From assembly GCF_045037415.1 (NCBI RefSeq), contig NZ_CP173438.1: a stretch of DNA of 64,000 nt. One strand, given 5' to 3'. A program made the position numbers and the translations under genes. Below are positions 12,789-25,073 of the stretch, piece by piece. The stretch's first letter is position 1; every line of letters starts with the position of its first letter. The notes under the pieces were generated by a model, which did not search any database, had not been told where the DNA came from, and saw nothing but the letters and a program-made list of their open reading frames with translations. This DNA comes from Escherichia coli. Its GTDB lineage: Bacteria > Pseudomonadota > Gammaproteobacteria > Enterobacterales > Enterobacteriaceae.

Positions 12789-14804
12789 ATGGCTGAACTG
12801 ACTGCGCTTCACACATTAACAGCGCAAATGAAACGTGAAGGGATCCGCCGCTTGCTGGTGTTGAGCGGGGAAGAGCGTTGGTGTTTTGATCATGCGCTTA
12901 AGTTGCGTGATGCCTTACCTGGCGACTGGCTGTGGATTTCGCCGCAGCCAGATGCTGAAAACCACTGTTCTCCCTCGGCACTACAAACTTTACTTGGGCG
13001 CGAGTTCCGGCATGCGGTATTCGACGCCCGCCACGGCTTTGATGCCGCTGCCTTTGCGGCACTTAGCGGAACGTTGAAAGCGGGAAGCTGGCTGGTGTTG
13101 TTACTCCCTGTATGGGATGAGTGGGAAAACCAACCTGATGCCGACTCGCTGCGCTGGAGTGATTGCCCTGACCCTATTGCGACGCCGCATTTTGTCCAGC
13201 ATTTCAAACGCGTACTTACGGCGAATAACGACGCTATCCTCTGGCGGCAAAACCAGCCGTTCTCGTTGGCGCATTTTACTCCCCGTACTGACTGGCACCC
13301 CGCTACCGGCGCACCACAACCAGAACAACAGCAACTCTTACAGCAGCTACTGACCATGCCGCCGGGTGTGGCAGCGGTAACTGCTGCGCGTGGGCGCGGT
13401 AAGTCGGCGTTGGCAGGGCAACTCATTTCTCGTATTGCGGGCAGTGCGATTGTCACCGCTCCCGCAAAAGCGGCAACGGATGTACTGGCACAATTTGCGG
13501 GCGAGAAGTTTCGCTTTATTGCGCCGGATGCCTTGTTAGCCAGCGATGAGCAAGCCGACTGGCTGGTGGTCGATGAAGCCGCAGCTATACCTGCGCCGTT
13601 GTTGTATCAACTGGTATCGCGTTTTCCTCGAACGTTGTTAACTACTACGGTGCAGGGCTACGAAGGCACCGGACGTGGTTTTTTGCTGAAATTTTGCGCT
13701 CGCTTTCCGCATTTACACCGTTTTGAACTACAACAGCCGATCCGTTGGGCGCAGGGATGCCCGCTGGAAAAAATGGTTAGTGAGGCACTGGTGTTTGACG
13801 ATGAAAACTTCACCCATACACCACAAGGCAATATCGTTATTTCCGCATTTGAACAGACGTTATGGCGAAGCGAGCCAGAAACGCCGTTAAAGGTTTATCA
13901 GTTATTGTCTGGTGCGCACTACCGGACCTCGCCGCTGGATTTACGCCGCATGATGGATGCACCAGGTCAACATTTTTTACAGGCGGCTGGCGGAAACGAG
14001 ATTGCCGGAGCGCTGTGGCTGGTGGATGAGGGCGGATTATCTCAAGAACTCAGTCAGGCGGTATGGGCGGGTTTTCGTCGCCCGCGGGGTAATCTGGTGG
14101 CCCAGTCGCTGGCGGCGCACGGCAGCAATCCACTGGCGGCGACATTGCGCGGACGGCGGGTTAGCCGGATAGCAGTTCATCCGACTCGTCAGCGGGAAGG
14201 CACAGGGCGACAGCTTATTGCTGGTGCTTTGCAATATATTCATGACCTCGACTATCTTTCGGTGAGTTTTGGTTACACCGAGGAGTTATGGCGTTTCTGG
14301 CAACGCTGCGGTTTTGTGCTGGTGCGAATGGGTAATCATCGTGAAGCCAGCAGCGGTTGCTATACGGCGATGGCGCTGTTACCGATGAGTGATGCGGGTA
14401 AACAGCTGGCTGAACGTGAGCATTACCGTTTACGTCGCGATGCGCAAGCTCTCGCGCAGTGGAATGGCGAAATGCTTCCTGTTGATCCACTAAACGATGC
14501 CGTCCTTTCTGACGACGACTGGCTTGAACTGGCCGGTTTTGCTTTCACTCATCGTCCGCTATTAACGTCGTTAGGTTGCTTATTGCGTCTGCTACAAACC
14601 AGCGAACTGGCATTACCGGCGCTGCGTGGGCGTTTACAGAAAAACGCCAGTGACGCGCAGTTATGTACCACACTTAAACTTTCAGGCCGTAAGCTGTTAC
14701 TGGTTCGCCAGCGGGAAGAGGCCGCGCAGGCGCTATTCGCACTTGATGATGTTCGCACTGAGCGTCTGCGCGATCGCATAACGCAATGGCAATTTTTTCA
14801 CTGA
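12789..14804 (+). CDS. tmcA: tRNA(Met) cytidine acetyltransferase TmcA
   Basis: 671 aa, MAELTALHTLTAQMKREGIRRLLVLSGEE...; helicase-like plus GNAT architecture. Confidence 0.93.
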   Translation: MAELTALHTLTAQMKREGIRRLLVLSGEERWCFDHALKLRDALPGDWLWISPQPDAENHCSPSALQTLLGREFRHAVFDARHGFDAAAFAALSGTLKAGSWLVLLLPVWDEWENQPDADSLRWSDCPDPIATPHFVQHFKRVLTANNDAILWRQNQPFSLAHFTPRTDWHPATGAPQPEQQQLLQQLLTMPPGVAAVTAARGRGKSALAGQLISRIAGSAIVTAPAKAATDVLAQFAGEKFRFIAPDALLASDEQADWLVVDEAAAIPAPLLYQLVSRFPRTLLTTTVQGYEGTGRGFLLKFCARFPHLHRFELQQPIRWAQGCPLEKMVSEALVFDDENFTHTPQGNIVISAFEQTLWRSEPETPLKVYQLLSGAHYRTSPLDLRRMMDAPGQHFLQAAGGNEIAGALWLVDEGGLSQELSQAVWAGFRRPRGNLVAQSLAAHGSNPLAATLRGRRVSRIAVHPTRQREGTGRQLIAGALQYIHDLDYLSVSFGYTEELWRFWQRCGFVLVRMGNHREASSGCYTAMALLPMSDAGKQLAEREHYRLRRDAQALAQWNGEMLPVDPLNDAVLSDDDWLELAGFAFTHRPLLTSLGCLLRLLQTSELALPALRGRLQKNASDAQLCTTLKLSGRKLLLVRQREEAAQALFALDDVRTERLRDRITQWQFFH

Positions 14805-14877
14805 CTCCTTCAATTTTCTCCCATGGTCATTGTGAGTCAGCGGCGTAAAATTAATGACATCAGTTAAGGAGTTCGCC

Positions 14878-15576
14878 ATGAAACATGACCATTTTGTTGT
14901 TCAAAGCCCGGATAAACCAGCACAACAGTTGTTACTGCTTTTCCACGGTGTCGGGGATAACCCGGTGGCAATGGGGGAAATAGGTAGCTGGTTTGCGCCG
15001 CTGTTTCCTGATGCGCTGGTGGTGAGTGTCGGTGGCGCGGAGCCGAGCGGTAATCCGGCGGGGCGTCAGTGGTTTTCGGTGCAGGGTATTACGGAAGATA
15101 ATCGCCAGGCGCGTGTGAATGCCATCATGCCGACGTTTATTGAGACGGTGCGCTACTGGCAGAAACAAAGCGGAGTAGGGGCTAACGCCACGGCGCTAAT
15201 CGGTTTCTCACAAGGCGCGATTATGGCGCTGGAGAGCATTAAAGCCGAACCGGGCCTTGCTTCGCGCGTCATTGCCTTCAACGGACGCTACGCGAGCCTG
15301 CCGGAAACCGCGTCTACAGCCACAACAATTCACTTGATTCATGGCGGTGAAGATCCGGTTATCGATCTGGCGCATGCGGTTGCGGCGCAGGAAGCGTTAA
15401 TCAGTGCCGGTGGTGACGTGACGCTGGATATCGTGGAGGATTTAGGCCATGCGATCGACAATCGCAGTATGCAATTTGCCCTGGATCACTTGCGTTATAC
15501 CATTCCGAAACATTATTTCGACGAAGCGCTAAGCGGCGGTAAGCCTGGCGATGATGATGTGATTGAAATGATGTAA
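14878..15576 (+). CDS. ypfH: Esterase YpfH (alpha/beta hydrolase)
   Basis: ATG 14878 gives MKHDHFVVQSPDKPAQQLLLLFHGVGDNP...; GFSQG serine-hydrolase motif. Confidence 0.92.
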   Translation: MKHDHFVVQSPDKPAQQLLLLFHGVGDNPVAMGEIGSWFAPLFPDALVVSVGGAEPSGNPAGRQWFSVQGITEDNRQARVNAIMPTFIETVRYWQKQSGVGANATALIGFSQGAIMALESIKAEPGLASRVIAFNGRYASLPETASTATTIHLIHGGEDPVIDLAHAVAAQEALISAGGDVTLDIVEDLGHAIDNRSMQFALDHLRYTIPKHYFDEALSGGKPGDDDVIEMM

Positions 15577-15582
15577 TAATAG

Positions 15583-15649
15583 CCGGGTAGGTCTGATAAG
15601 ACTGTATCAGGCATCATGGCCGGATGCGGCGTTAACGCCTTATCCGGCC
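15583..15649. repeat. REP/BIME element
   Basis: gccgggtaggtctgataagactgtatcaggc...atggccggatgcggcgttaacgccttatccggcc. Confidence 0.85.
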
Positions 15650-15656
15650 ACTTAGC

Positions 15657-15857
15657 TTACTTCTTCGGTTGATCCTTTTTCGGCCAGTCGTCGTCATCGT
15701 CCCACTTATCGTTGAAATCACGATGCGGGGGAAGCTCCGGCTTGTTGGCGAGAAATTTCTTATGGTCGACGCGCTTGAGATCTTTAATCACGTTCAGCAG
15801 GACGCCTACCAAAAAGACAATCACCAGAATCCACCAATATTTAGCCAGCCAGTCCAT
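15657..15857 (-). CDS. ypfN: Small membrane protein YpfN
   Basis: ATG at 15857 gives [34 protein letters not shown]..., 66 aa. Confidence 0.88.
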
Positions 15858-15884
15858 GCTTATTTCCTCTTGCAGAACCACTCA

Positions 15885-17012
15885 TCAGGCGACGAGCTGT
15901 TCCATGATACGTTGATACATACGGGCAAGTAGCTGCAGGTCGGCAGCGTTCACACATTCATTGATTTTATGAATCGTGGCATTGACCGGCCCGAGTTCCA
16001 CCACCTGCGCCCCCATGCGGGCAATAAAGCGCCCGTCGGACGTTCCGCCTGTGGTCAGTAGCTGCGGTTTAATTTCATTATAGTGCTCAACCGCGTTAAC
16101 GACCGCATCCACCAGTTTACCGCGCGCGGTCAAAAATGGCTGCCCGGAAAGCCACCAATCCACCGTATAGCGCAGTTGATGTTTTTCAAGCAGGGCAAGC
16201 ACCTGCGCTTTGATCATCTCATCCGTCAGTTCGGTGCTAAAGCGGAAGTTAAACTGCACAAACAGTTCACCTGGAATAACGTTGTTACTGCCCGTTCCCG
16301 CCTGAATATTGGCAATCTGCATACTGGTCGCCGGGAAGAAGTCATTACCCTGATCCCACTCAATAGCCACTAATTCATTAATGAAAGGTGCTGCGCGATG
16401 TACCGGATTGTCAGCCAGATGTGGGTAGGCAACATGCCCCTGAACGCCATGAATGGTAAGGTTGCAGGTTAACGATCCGCGACGACCATTTTTCACCACA
16501 TCACCTACCACTTCGATACTCGACGGTTCGCCAACCAGACAGTAATCGAGACGCTCATTACGCGCCATTAACGCTTCGACGACTTTTACCGTACCGTTGT
16601 GGGCACTAGCTTCTTCATCAGAGGTGATCAGAAATGCCAGTCGCCCTGTATGGTTGGGATGTTGTGCGACAAAGCGTTCTGCCGCTACCACCATCGCCGC
16701 CAGCGAGCCTTTCATATCTGCCGCACCTCGCCCAAATAACATGCCGTCACGAATGGTTGGTTCAAATGGTGGATTGATCCAACGGTCGGCGTCGCCAGGC
16801 GGCACCACGTCGGTATGCCCGGCAAAGGCTAACGTTTCACCCTGCCCGCGCCATGCCCAAAAATTCTGCGTATCGGCAAAGTCCATGCGTTCAACGGTAA
16901 AACCGATCGCCTGCAAACGTTCAATCAACAAAGCCTGGCATCCTGCGTCATCAGGACTCAGGGAAGGGCGGCGAATAAGCTGTTGTGTCAGCTCAATAAC
17001 CGGGCACGACAT
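15885..17012 (-). CDS. dapE: Succinyl-diaminopimelate desuccinylase
   Basis: 375 aa, [29 protein letters not shown]..., M20 peptidase family. Confidence 0.97.
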   Translation of the reverse strand: MSCPVIELTQQLIRRPSLSPDDAGCQALLIERLQAIGFTVERMDFADTQNFWAWRGQGETLAFAGHTDVVPPGDADRWINPPFEPTIRDGMLFGRGAADMKGSLAAMVVAAERFVAQHPNHTGRLAFLITSDEEASAHNGTVKVVEALMARNERLDYCLVGEPSSIEVVGDVVKNGRRGSLTCNLTIHGVQGHVAYPHLADNPVHRAAPFINELVAIEWDQGNDFFPATSMQIANIQAGTGSNNVIPGELFVQFNFRFSTELTDEMIKAQVLALLEKHQLRYTVDWWLSGQPFLTARGKLVDAVVNAVEHYNEIKPQLLTTGGTSDGRFIARMGAQVVELGPVNATIHKINECVNAADLQLLARMYQRIMEQLVA

Positions 17013-17015
17013 AGA

Positions 17016-17390
<375 letters not shown>

Positions 17391-17752
17391 TTATGAGAAT
17401 AAATACTCATTTAAGGGTGAAAACATTTTGCCTGCAAATGATTATCAGGAAATATAACATTATCGAAGTATTCAAATTAACAACTATTAAATAACATTAA
17501 ACATTTTTAACGTAAACATTAAGAATATTCATCTTGTTATCTGTCTGTATTTTAACCAGAATTAAATCAGTATTAGATGCCGTATGAATATCTCGAAATG
17601 TTGCGGTGTATCACATACAAATCATCACCGCAGGACCATAGTATTTACATAAGGTTTGTCCCCCGGAGGTAGTCATCGCAGCAATCGAGTAAATTAGCTT
17701 CACCACGGTATATTGTTTCCGTAGAATACCCATAATTATAAGAGAGGTTGTT

Positions 17753-17812
17753 ATGATTGAACGTGAACTGGGGAACTGGAAAGACTTTATCGAAGTTATG
17801 CTTCGTAAGTAA
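17753..17812 (+). CDS. ypfM: Small protein YpfM (19 aa)
   Basis: ATG 17753 to TAA 17812 encodes MIERELGNWKDFIEVMLRK, preceded by RBS agagagg; matches the E. coli small protein as I recall it. Confidence 0.75.
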   Translation: MIERELGNWKDFIEVMLRK

Positions 17813-17877
17813 TTCCTGAGACAAAGTACAAACAGCAAGAACCCGCTGAGCAGGTTCTTAATCGGAAAGTTGAAAAG

Positions 17878-17905
17878 GGCGACACATTGGCATGTCGCCT
17901 TTTTT
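17878..17905. terminator. Bidirectional intrinsic terminator between ypfM and acrD
   Basis: ggcgaca/tgtcgcc stem flanked by A-run upstream and TTTTTT downstream. Confidence 0.75.
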
Positions 17906-17910
17906 ATTGC

Positions 17911-20900
17911 TTATTCCGGGCGCGGCTTCAGCGGGAAGCGGCGGCGCACCAGCACAAAGAACAGCGGCACGAAGTAAATAGCCAGAATAGTGGCCGAAAT
18001 CATCCCGCCCATTACGCCAGTACCCACCGCATGCTGACCACCGGAACCGGCACCTGTGCTGGTTGCCATTGGCAATACGCCGAAGATAAATGCCAGCGAG
18101 GTCATCAGAATCGGGCGTAAACGCTGACGGCAGGCGTGGAGCGTCGCTTCAAACAGGTCGTGGCCTTTTTGGTTCATCTCGTTAGCAAACTCGACGATCA
18201 GGATGGCGTTTTTCGCCGATAAACCAATGACCGTTAACAGGCCCACCTGGAAGTAAACATCGTTTTCCAGCCCGCGCATCCAGGTTGCCAGCAGCGCGCC
18301 GATAACCCCCAGCGGCACGACCAGCATTACCGAGAACGGCACCGACCAGCTTTCATACAGCGCAGCCAGACACAGGAATACCACCAGCAAGGAAATGGCG
18401 TACAGCGCCGGAGCCTGCGCGCCGGAAAGCCGCTCCTGATACGACATCGCCGTCCACTCCAGACCAAAGCCGTTTGGCAACTGCTTCACTAACGATTCCA
18501 TAATATCCATCGCCGTACCGGTACTGACCCCCGGTGCGGCTTCCCCAACAATCTCAACCGCAGAATAACCGTTATAGCGTTCCAGACGCGGCGAGCCTGT
18601 CTCCCAGCGTGAGGTCGCGAAAGCAGAGAAGGGCACCATGCCGCCATCTTTATTTCGGACATACCAGAGATTGATGTCATCTGGCAGCATGCGATACGGC
18701 GCAGCTGCCTGCACATAGACTTTCTTCACGCGACCGCGATCCATAAAGTCATTCACATAGCTCGAACCCCAGGCGGTTTGCAGTGTGTCGTTAATATCGT
18801 CGATAGCAACGCCCAGCGCCTGAGCTTTACGCTGGTCGATATCAATCTGCAACTGCGGACTGTCGTCGAGGCCGTTATGGCGCACACGGGTTAGCTCCGG
18901 GTTTTCCGCTGCCAGCGCCAGCAACTGGTTTCGTGCTGCCATCAGCGCATCGTGACCCGCTCCAGCGTGGTCCTGCAACTCCATATCAAAACCCGCAGAA
19001 CTACCAAGACCGCTAATTGCTGGCGGGCTGCTGGCGATAACGCGAGCTTCTTTAATCTTGTTAAACGCCTTCGTTGCACGCTCGATAATGGCAAACGAGG
19101 TGCCGGTCTTACTGTCGCGTTCGCTCCAGTCTTTCAGGCGGATAAACATTCGCGCCACGTTTTGCCCGTTCCCCCCAGGGCCAGAACCCACGGTGGCAAA
19201 CACCGACATGATGTTGTCTTTTTCATGGGTGAAGTAATATTTCTCGATTTGCTCAACGACTTTCAGGGTCTGTTGCTGGGTTGAACCGCTGGGCAACTGT
19301 ACCGAGGTAGTAAACATGCCACGGTCTTCCAGCGGTAAGAACGACGTCGGCAAACGCAGGAACAGGAACACCATGCCGCCAAGCAGCAGGACATAAATCA
19401 CAATCCAGCGCAGGCTACGGTGGAGAATTTTCGCCACCCCTTTTTCGTAGCGTTCGGCGTTGCGGTTAAACATCTGGTTAAACCAGGCAAAAAAGCCTTT
19501 TTGCCCGTGATGCTCACCTTTTTTCAGTGGCTTAAGTAGTGTGGCACACAGAGCCGGAGTGAGGATCATCGCTACCAGTACTGACAGCACCATCGCCGCA
19601 ACAATGGTAATAGAGAACTGGCGATAGATGGCACCGGTGGTGCCGCCGAAGAAGGCCATTGGCACAAATACCGCCGAAAGCACCATCGCAATCCCGACCA
19701 GTGCCCCCTGGATCTGCCCCATCGATTTACGTGTGGCTTCGCGAGGAGTGAGTCCTTCCTCACTCATAATACGTTCGACGTTTTCCACCACCACGATGGC
19801 ATCATCCACCAGCAGACCGATCGCCAGCACCATCGCGAACATGGTTAAGGTGTTGACGCTATAGCCGAAGGCATAAAGCACCGAGAAGGTTCCCATCAAC
19901 ACCACCGGCACGGCGATAGTGGGTATCAGCGTGGCGCGGAAGTTTTGCAGGAACAGATACATAACGAGGAAAACCAGGGCGATAGCTTCCAGAAGCGTTT
20001 TCACCACGTCTTCAATGGAGGCTTTTACAAAAGAGGTGGTTTCATACGCCACCTTGTATTCCAGTCCGTGTGGAAAATACTGCGCCAGCTCGTCGAGACG
20101 ATTGAGCACCAGCTCCGCTGTCGCCATTTCGTTCGCGCCGGAGGCCAGTTTTACCCCCAGCCCGGAGGCTGGCTTACCATTGAAGCGGCTAAGATAATCG
20201 TATTTCTCCGCCCCCATTTCGACGGTGGCGACATCGCCCAGCCTTACCTCTGAGCCGTCCTGATTCACCCGCAAGGTGATATCGCGGAACTGTTCTGGTG
20301 TTTGCAGCAGTGACTGGGCGTTAATGGTGGCGTTGAGCGCCTGCTTATCGACGGAAGGCGTACCACCAAGTTGCCCAACCGCAATCTGCGCGTTCTGTGA
20401 TTCAATGGCATCGGTGACATCTTTAGCCGTCATCTGGAAACTGTTGAGTTTCGCCGGGTCCAGCCAGATACGCATGGAATATTGCGAACCATAGGCATCG
20501 ATATCCCCGACGCCATTCACGCGGCTTAACGGGTCCTGAATATTACTGGCAACATAATCGGCAATATCCTGTTTATCCATCGAACCATCGGTAGAGACGA
20601 AGGCAATGGTCAGAATGTTGGTATCGCCGGTTTTACGCACCGTCACGCCCTGATTTTGCACCGCCTGCGGTAACTTTCGCATGGCTGATTGCAGCTGGTT
20701 TTGTACTTGCTGCACGGCTTCGTCCGGATCGGTGCCTGCTTTAAAACTTAACGTGACAGATGCCTGACCGGTGCCGCTGCTCTGAGATGACATATACATC
20801 AGATTATCGAGGCCGGTCATATTTTGCTCGATAACCTGGGTCACGGTGTTTTCCAGCGTCTGGGCCGATGCGCCGGGATAGTTAGCGGTCACTCGCACAT

Positions 20901-21024
20901 TCGGTGGCGCGAGATCGGGGTATTGTTCAACGGGCAATGAAAAAATCGCCAGGGTACCTGTCAGACACAACAGGATTGCCAGCACCCAGGCAAAAATGGG
21001 GCGATCAATAAAGAAATTCGCCAT
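17911..21024 (-). CDS. acrD: RND aminoglycoside efflux pump AcrD
   Basis: 1037 aa, [41 protein letters not shown]..., 12-TM RND transporter. Confidence 0.97.
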   Translation of the reverse strand: MANFFIDRPIFAWVLAILLCLTGTLAIFSLPVEQYPDLAPPNVRVTANYPGASAQTLENTVTQVIEQNMTGLDNLMYMSSQSSGTGQASVTLSFKAGTDPDEAVQQVQNQLQSAMRKLPQAVQNQGVTVRKTGDTNILTIAFVSTDGSMDKQDIADYVASNIQDPLSRVNGVGDIDAYGSQYSMRIWLDPAKLNSFQMTAKDVTDAIESQNAQIAVGQLGGTPSVDKQALNATINAQSLLQTPEQFRDITLRVNQDGSEVRLGDVATVEMGAEKYDYLSRFNGKPASGLGVKLASGANEMATAELVLNRLDELAQYFPHGLEYKVAYETTSFVKASIEDVVKTLLEAIALVFLVMYLFLQNFRATLIPTIAVPVVLMGTFSVLYAFGYSVNTLTMFAMVLAIGLLVDDAIVVVENVERIMSEEGLTPREATRKSMGQIQGALVGIAMVLSAVFVPMAFFGGTTGAIYRQFSITIVAAMVLSVLVAMILTPALCATLLKPLKKGEHHGQKGFFAWFNQMFNRNAERYEKGVAKILHRSLRWIVIYVLLLGGMVFLFLRLPTSFLPLEDRGMFTTSVQLPSGSTQQQTLKVVEQIEKYYFTHEKDNIMSVFATVGSGPGGNGQNVARMFIRLKDWSERDSKTGTSFAIIERATKAFNKIKEARVIASSPPAISGLGSSAGFDMELQDHAGAGHDALMAARNQLLALAAENPELTRVRHNGLDDSPQLQIDIDQRKAQALGVAIDDINDTLQTAWGSSYVNDFMDRGRVKKVYVQAAAPYRMLPDDINLWYVRNKDGGMVPFSAFATSRWETGSPRLERYNGYSAVEIVGEAAPGVSTGTAMDIMESLVKQLPNGFGLEWTAMSYQERLSGAQAPALYAISLLVVFLCLAALYESWSVPFSVMLVVPLGVIGALLATWMRGLENDVYFQVGLLTVIGLSAKNAILIVEFANEMNQKGHDLFEATLHACRQRLRPILMTSLAFIFGVLPMATSTGAGSGGQHAVGTGVMGGMISATILAIYFVPLFFVLVRRRFPLKPRPE

Positions 21025-21093
21025 TAAAAGAGGACCTCGTGTTTCTGCGTATCGTTGTAGGCTTGGCTTGCTTCACTGTAGCGGCAAGGTACG

Positions 21094-21111
21094 AGCCAAT
21101 CGTGGAGAAAA
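21094..21111 (-). promoter_or_regulatory. BaeR response-regulator box in acrD promoter
   Basis: Minus-strand TTTTTCTCCACGATTGGC matches the BaeR consensus TTTTTCTCCATDATTGGC at 17/18 positions, about 70 bp upstream of acrD start. Confidence 0.6.
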
Positions 21112-21187
21112 AAAGGAGTTAATGTAAATTATCATGCCCTTTTATACTGAACCTTAAGTGCCACTATTCTTTGGTCAATAAGAGGCA

Positions 21188-22888
21188 TTACATCAGCTGA
21201 CTTTCCTCACCCTCCGCAGAGCGAAAGCTAATACTCACTAACGTGCCGCCGCCGGAAGGTTGTGAAAAAGTCAGCGTCCCACCCAATCTTTCCGCGCGTT
21301 CGCGCATGATATTCAGACCATAATGGCCTTCGGGTTCTTTCGGTTCACCGATGCCAATCCCGTTGTCGCGAATATAGACTGTGTGATTGCCATCCGGCGC
21401 GGTGACGCAGCTAACGGCGATTTCGCTGGCGTTGGCGTGCTTCATCGCATTCAGCACCGCTTCGCGAATAATTTGCAACAAATGCACCTGCATTTGCGCA
21501 TCCAGCGCCAGGGTTGGCAGACGGCAGTCGAGGGTCAGTTTGGCGCTGGTTTGATTTTGTAACGTATCCAGCATTTCCCTCAACGCGGAGGGGAGATCCG
21601 CCTGCTGCAGCGTCAGGCGGAAAGTAGTCAACAGCTCGCGTAACTGCCGATAAGCATCATTCAACGCCTGGGAAAAATCGGCCATGATACTTTGTGCGGT
21701 GGCGTTATCTTCCGGTATCGAACGCTTCAGTAACGTCAACTGGATACGTAAGTAAGAAAGTACCTGAGCCAGCGAGTCGTGCAATTCGCGGGCGATGGTC
21801 GCACGTTCTTCCATCAACAATAACTGCTGAAAATGCTTCTGCGCCTGATTAAAGTACAAACCGCGTCCCAGCATCGACGAAACGCTGTTAAGCAGCGGTT
21901 CTGATGATGAAACGTGACTATTTTGCCAGTGCAGTTCTCCGTAAACCGTCTCTTGCATTGTCACCGGTAAAATCTGCATCGGCAATTCCGGGTTTGGCTG
22001 CCCTTCGCTAATCCGCCAGTTGTCACCGACATTTAACTCCAGATATTCAGCCGCTTCATTGTCGCGAACAATCTGCAAAATATGGCGGAAACAATGCACA
22101 TCAATCTGGCTGGTGTTTAGCGCCTGCGAACACTGATACAACACCTCCAGACGACGCTTGGCCTCGTGGAGATCGCGGGTCTTTTCTTCTACTGACGCCT
22201 CCAGCGAACGGTACAATTTATGCAGCTCGCTCGACATCTGGTTAAAGGTTTTTGCAAGCAGGCCAAGCTCATTCGGCAGGCTGGTATCCAGCGGCGGCGA
22301 GTCGAACTGCCCGTGTTCAATACGCTGACTGGCGGTAACCAGCTGATTCAGCGGGGCAACCACCTGATGGCGTATGCGGCGCAAAGTAAAAAAGACCAGC
22401 GTGAAAATACCGATGCCGCCAGCCAGGGAAATTGCCACCACCAGCAGCATTTTGCGTTCAGCGTAGTGCTGTAAAGCCAGCACGAACAGGTCTATCTGAT
22501 TAACATAATTATTAATATTGGCCTGATACCACGGCAAGTCGCCCTTGCTGAGCCGATTATTCATCTCCAGCCAGTTGGCATTCAGATGCGCATAGCGGGT
22601 TTTTACTGCCTCTGGCACATACCAGACGTTGAGATTGGTTAATACCGGTGAATGCAGTGCCTGCTGAAATAACTGGCGATGTGCATTGAGTTGTGGACTG
22701 CCACTTTGCAAGTCGTAGCCCAGGCGGTAACTCTGCATACGCAGCGATCCGGCAATATTGATAGCCTCAGCGTCGCGTAAACTGCTCGCCAGCGTTAGCA
22801 GAGCGATACCCGTGGAAAGAATCGACAGCAGCACAATGTAAAAAAAGGCCCGGGCCAGACTGGCCGAGACGGGTCGTTTAACAATCAC
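21188..22888 (-). CDS. narQ: Nitrate/nitrite sensor histidine kinase NarQ
   Basis: ORF 21188..22903; NarQ N-terminus (M)IVKRPVSASLARAFFYIVLL corresponds to GTG at 22888; HAMP and HisKA_3/ATPase regions. Confidence 0.93.
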   Translation of the reverse strand: MIVKRPVSASLARAFFYIVLLSILSTGIALLTLASSLRDAEAINIAGSLRMQSYRLGYDLQSGSPQLNAHRQLFQQALHSPVLTNLNVWYVPEAVKTRYAHLNANWLEMNNRLSKGDLPWYQANINNYVNQIDLFVLALQHYAERKMLLVVAISLAGGIGIFTLVFFTLRRIRHQVVAPLNQLVTASQRIEHGQFDSPPLDTSLPNELGLLAKTFNQMSSELHKLYRSLEASVEEKTRDLHEAKRRLEVLYQCSQALNTSQIDVHCFRHILQIVRDNEAAEYLELNVGDNWRISEGQPNPELPMQILPVTMQETVYGELHWQNSHVSSSEPLLNSVSSMLGRGLYFNQAQKHFQQLLLMEERATIARELHDSLAQVLSYLRIQLTLLKRSIPEDNATAQSIMADFSQALNDAYRQLRELLTTFRLTLQQADLPSALREMLDTLQNQTSAKLTLDCRLPTLALDAQMQVHLLQIIREAVLNAMKHANASEIAVSCVTAPDGNHTVYIRDNGIGIGEPKEPEGHYGLNIMRERAERLGGTLTFSQPSGGGTLVSISFRSAEGEESQLM

Positions 22889-23093
22889 ACGCGTCTTCTC
22901 CACAAAAAATCATTAATCTTCCAGTTCGCTGAAACGCAATTTAGTCAGTGATGGGATTATTTGATCTGCCACAGTTTATAGCGAAATAGTTACTTATTCT
23001 GGGCACATGAACATTGCCGATTCCCCTGTAAGTCGGGTAATAACAACACTCATATAAAGAATAAGGTTTTTACAACCAAAAAAGAAGGTCGTT

Positions 23094-25073
23094 ATGAATC
23101 GTTTTATTATGGCCAACAGTCAGCAATGTCTGGGTTGTCATGCTTGTGAAATCGCCTGTGTCATGGCTCACAATGACGAGCAACATGTCCTGAGCCAACA
23201 CCATTTTCATCCCCGAATTACGGTTATCAAACATCAGCAGCAACGTAGTGCCGTGACCTGTCACCATTGTGAAGATGCGCCCTGCGCCCGTAGCTGCCCT
23301 AATGGCGCAATCAGCCACGTTGATGACAGCATTCAGGTCAATCAGCAAAAGTGTATTGGCTGTAAATCCTGCGTGGTGGCCTGTCCATTTGGTACGATGC
23401 AAATCGTTCTGACACCCGTTGCGGCAGGAAAAGTAAAAGCCACGGCGCATAAATGCGACCTTTGTGCAGGGCGCGAAAACGGTCCTGCCTGTGTCGAAAA
23501 TTGCCCGGCGGACGCGCTGCAACTGGTCACTGACGCCGCACTCTCCGGCATGGCGAAATCCCGCCGCTTGCGCACCGCACGTCAGGAACATCAACCGTGG
23601 CATGCCAGTACCGCGGCGCAAGAAATGCCGGTAATGAGTAAAGTCGAGCAAATGCAGGCAACGCCCGCGCGTGGCGAGCCAGATAAACTGGCGATTGAAG
23701 CGCGCAAAACCGGTTTTGATGAAATTTATCTGCCATTCCGTGCCGATCAGGCACAACGGGAAGCCTCGCGCTGCCTTAAGTGCGGCGAGCACAGCGTTTG
23801 TGAATGGACCTGCCCGCTGCATAACCATATACCGCAGTGGATTGAACTGGTGAAAGCCGGAAACATCGACGCCGCCGTCGAGCTTTCTCACCAGACCAAC
23901 ACCCTGCCGGAAATTACCGGACGCGTTTGCCCGCAAGACCGTTTGTGTGAAGGTGCCTGTACTATTCGCGATGAGCACGGCGCAGTAACTATCGGTAACA
24001 TTGAACGCTACATTTCAGATCAGGCGTTGGCGAAAGGTTGGCGTCCTGACTTAAGCCATGTCACCAAAGTGGACAAGCGGGTGGCGATTATCGGTGCGGG
24101 TCCGGCAGGGCTGGCCTGTGCAGATGTTCTGACCCGCAATGGCGTGGCGGTGACGGTGTACGATCGCCATCCAGAAATCGGTGGCTTGCTCACTTTCGGC
24201 ATTCCTTCTTTCAAACTGGATAAATCCCTGCTGGCACGCCGTCGGGAAATCTTCAGCGCGATGGGGATTCACTTCGAACTCAATTGTGAAGTGGGTAAAG
24301 ATGTCTCTTTGAATTCGCTTTTGGAACAATACGACGCGGTCTTCGTTGGCGTAGGCACTTACCGTTCCATGAAAGCGGGTTTACCCAATGAAGATGCGCC
24401 GGGCGTTTATGACGCGCTGCCGTTCCTCATCGCCAACACTAAACAGGTGATGGGACTCGAAGAGCTACCGGAAGAGCCGTTTATCAATACCGCCGGACTT
24501 AACGTCGTGGTACTGGGCGGCGGCGACACCGCGATGGACTGTGTGCGTACCGCGCTGCGCCATGGCGCGAGTAACGTCACCTGCGCTTATCGTCGTGATG
24601 AAGCTAACATGCCAGGCTCGAAGAAAGAGGTGAAGAACGCCCGTGAAGAGGGGGCCAACTTCGAATTTAACGTCCAGCCGGTGGCGCTTGAGCTGAATGA
24701 ACAAGGTCACGTCTGCGGGATTCGTTTCCTGCGCACGCGTCTTGGCGAGCCGGATGCCCAGGGACGTCGGCGTCCAGTGCCGGTGGAAGGCAGTGAATTT
24801 GTCATGCCAGCCGATGCGGTGATTATGGCGTTTGGCTTCAATCCGCACGGGATGCCGTGGCTGGAGTCGCACGGTGTAACGGTAGACAAATGGGGCCGCA
24901 TCATCGCGGATGTGGAAAGCCAGTACCGTTACCAGACCACGAATCCGAAAATCTTCGCCGGTGGTGACGCCGTGCGTGGTGCGGATCTGGTGGTTACCGC
25001 AATGGCAGAAGGACGTCATGCGGCACAGGGGATCATTGACTGGCTGGGCGTAAAATCAGTCAAATCTCACTGA
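23094..25073 (+). CDS. aegA: Fe-S cluster oxidoreductase AegA (ferredoxin domains fused to GltD-like NADPH oxidoreductase)
   Basis: 659 aa, N-terminal CxxCxxCxxxCP ferredoxin motifs and C-terminal FAD/NAD GxGxxG motifs. Confidence 0.93.
   Translation: MNRFIMANSQQCLGCHACEIACVMAHNDEQHVLSQHHFHPRITVIKHQQQRSAVTCHHCEDAPCARSCPNGAISHVDDSIQVNQQKCIGCKSCVVACPFGTMQIVLTPVAAGKVKATAHKCDLCAGRENGPACVENCPADALQLVTDAALSGMAKSRRLRTARQEHQPWHASTAAQEMPVMSKVEQMQATPARGEPDKLAIEARKTGFDEIYLPFRADQAQREASRCLKCGEHSVCEWTCPLHNHIPQWIELVKAGNIDAAVELSHQTNTLPEITGRVCPQDRLCEGACTIRDEHGAVTIGNIERYISDQALAKGWRPDLSHVTKVDKRVAIIGAGPAGLACADVLTRNGVAVTVYDRHPEIGGLLTFGIPSFKLDKSLLARRREIFSAMGIHFELNCEVGKDVSLNSLLEQYDAVFVGVGTYRSMKAGLPNEDAPGVYDALPFLIANTKQVMGLEELPEEPFINTAGLNVVVLGGGDTAMDCVRTALRHGASNVTCAYRRDEANMPGSKKEVKNAREEGANFEFNVQPVALELNEQGHVCGIRFLRTRLGEPDAQGRRRPVPVEGSEFVMPADAVIMAFGFNPHGMPWLESHGVTVDKWGRIIADVESQYRYQTTNPKIFAGGDAVRGADLVVTAMAEGRHAAQGIIDWLGVKSVKSH

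Noticed and set aside
21112-21140. Possible CpxR box (GTAAA repeats) near gttaatgtaaattatcatg in the acrD promoter
   Set aside because: Spacing and sequence do not fit the GTAAA-N5-GTAAA consensus.
23070-23978. 302 aa minus-strand ORF
   Set aside because: Antisense to the ferredoxin-domain region of aegA; no independent support.
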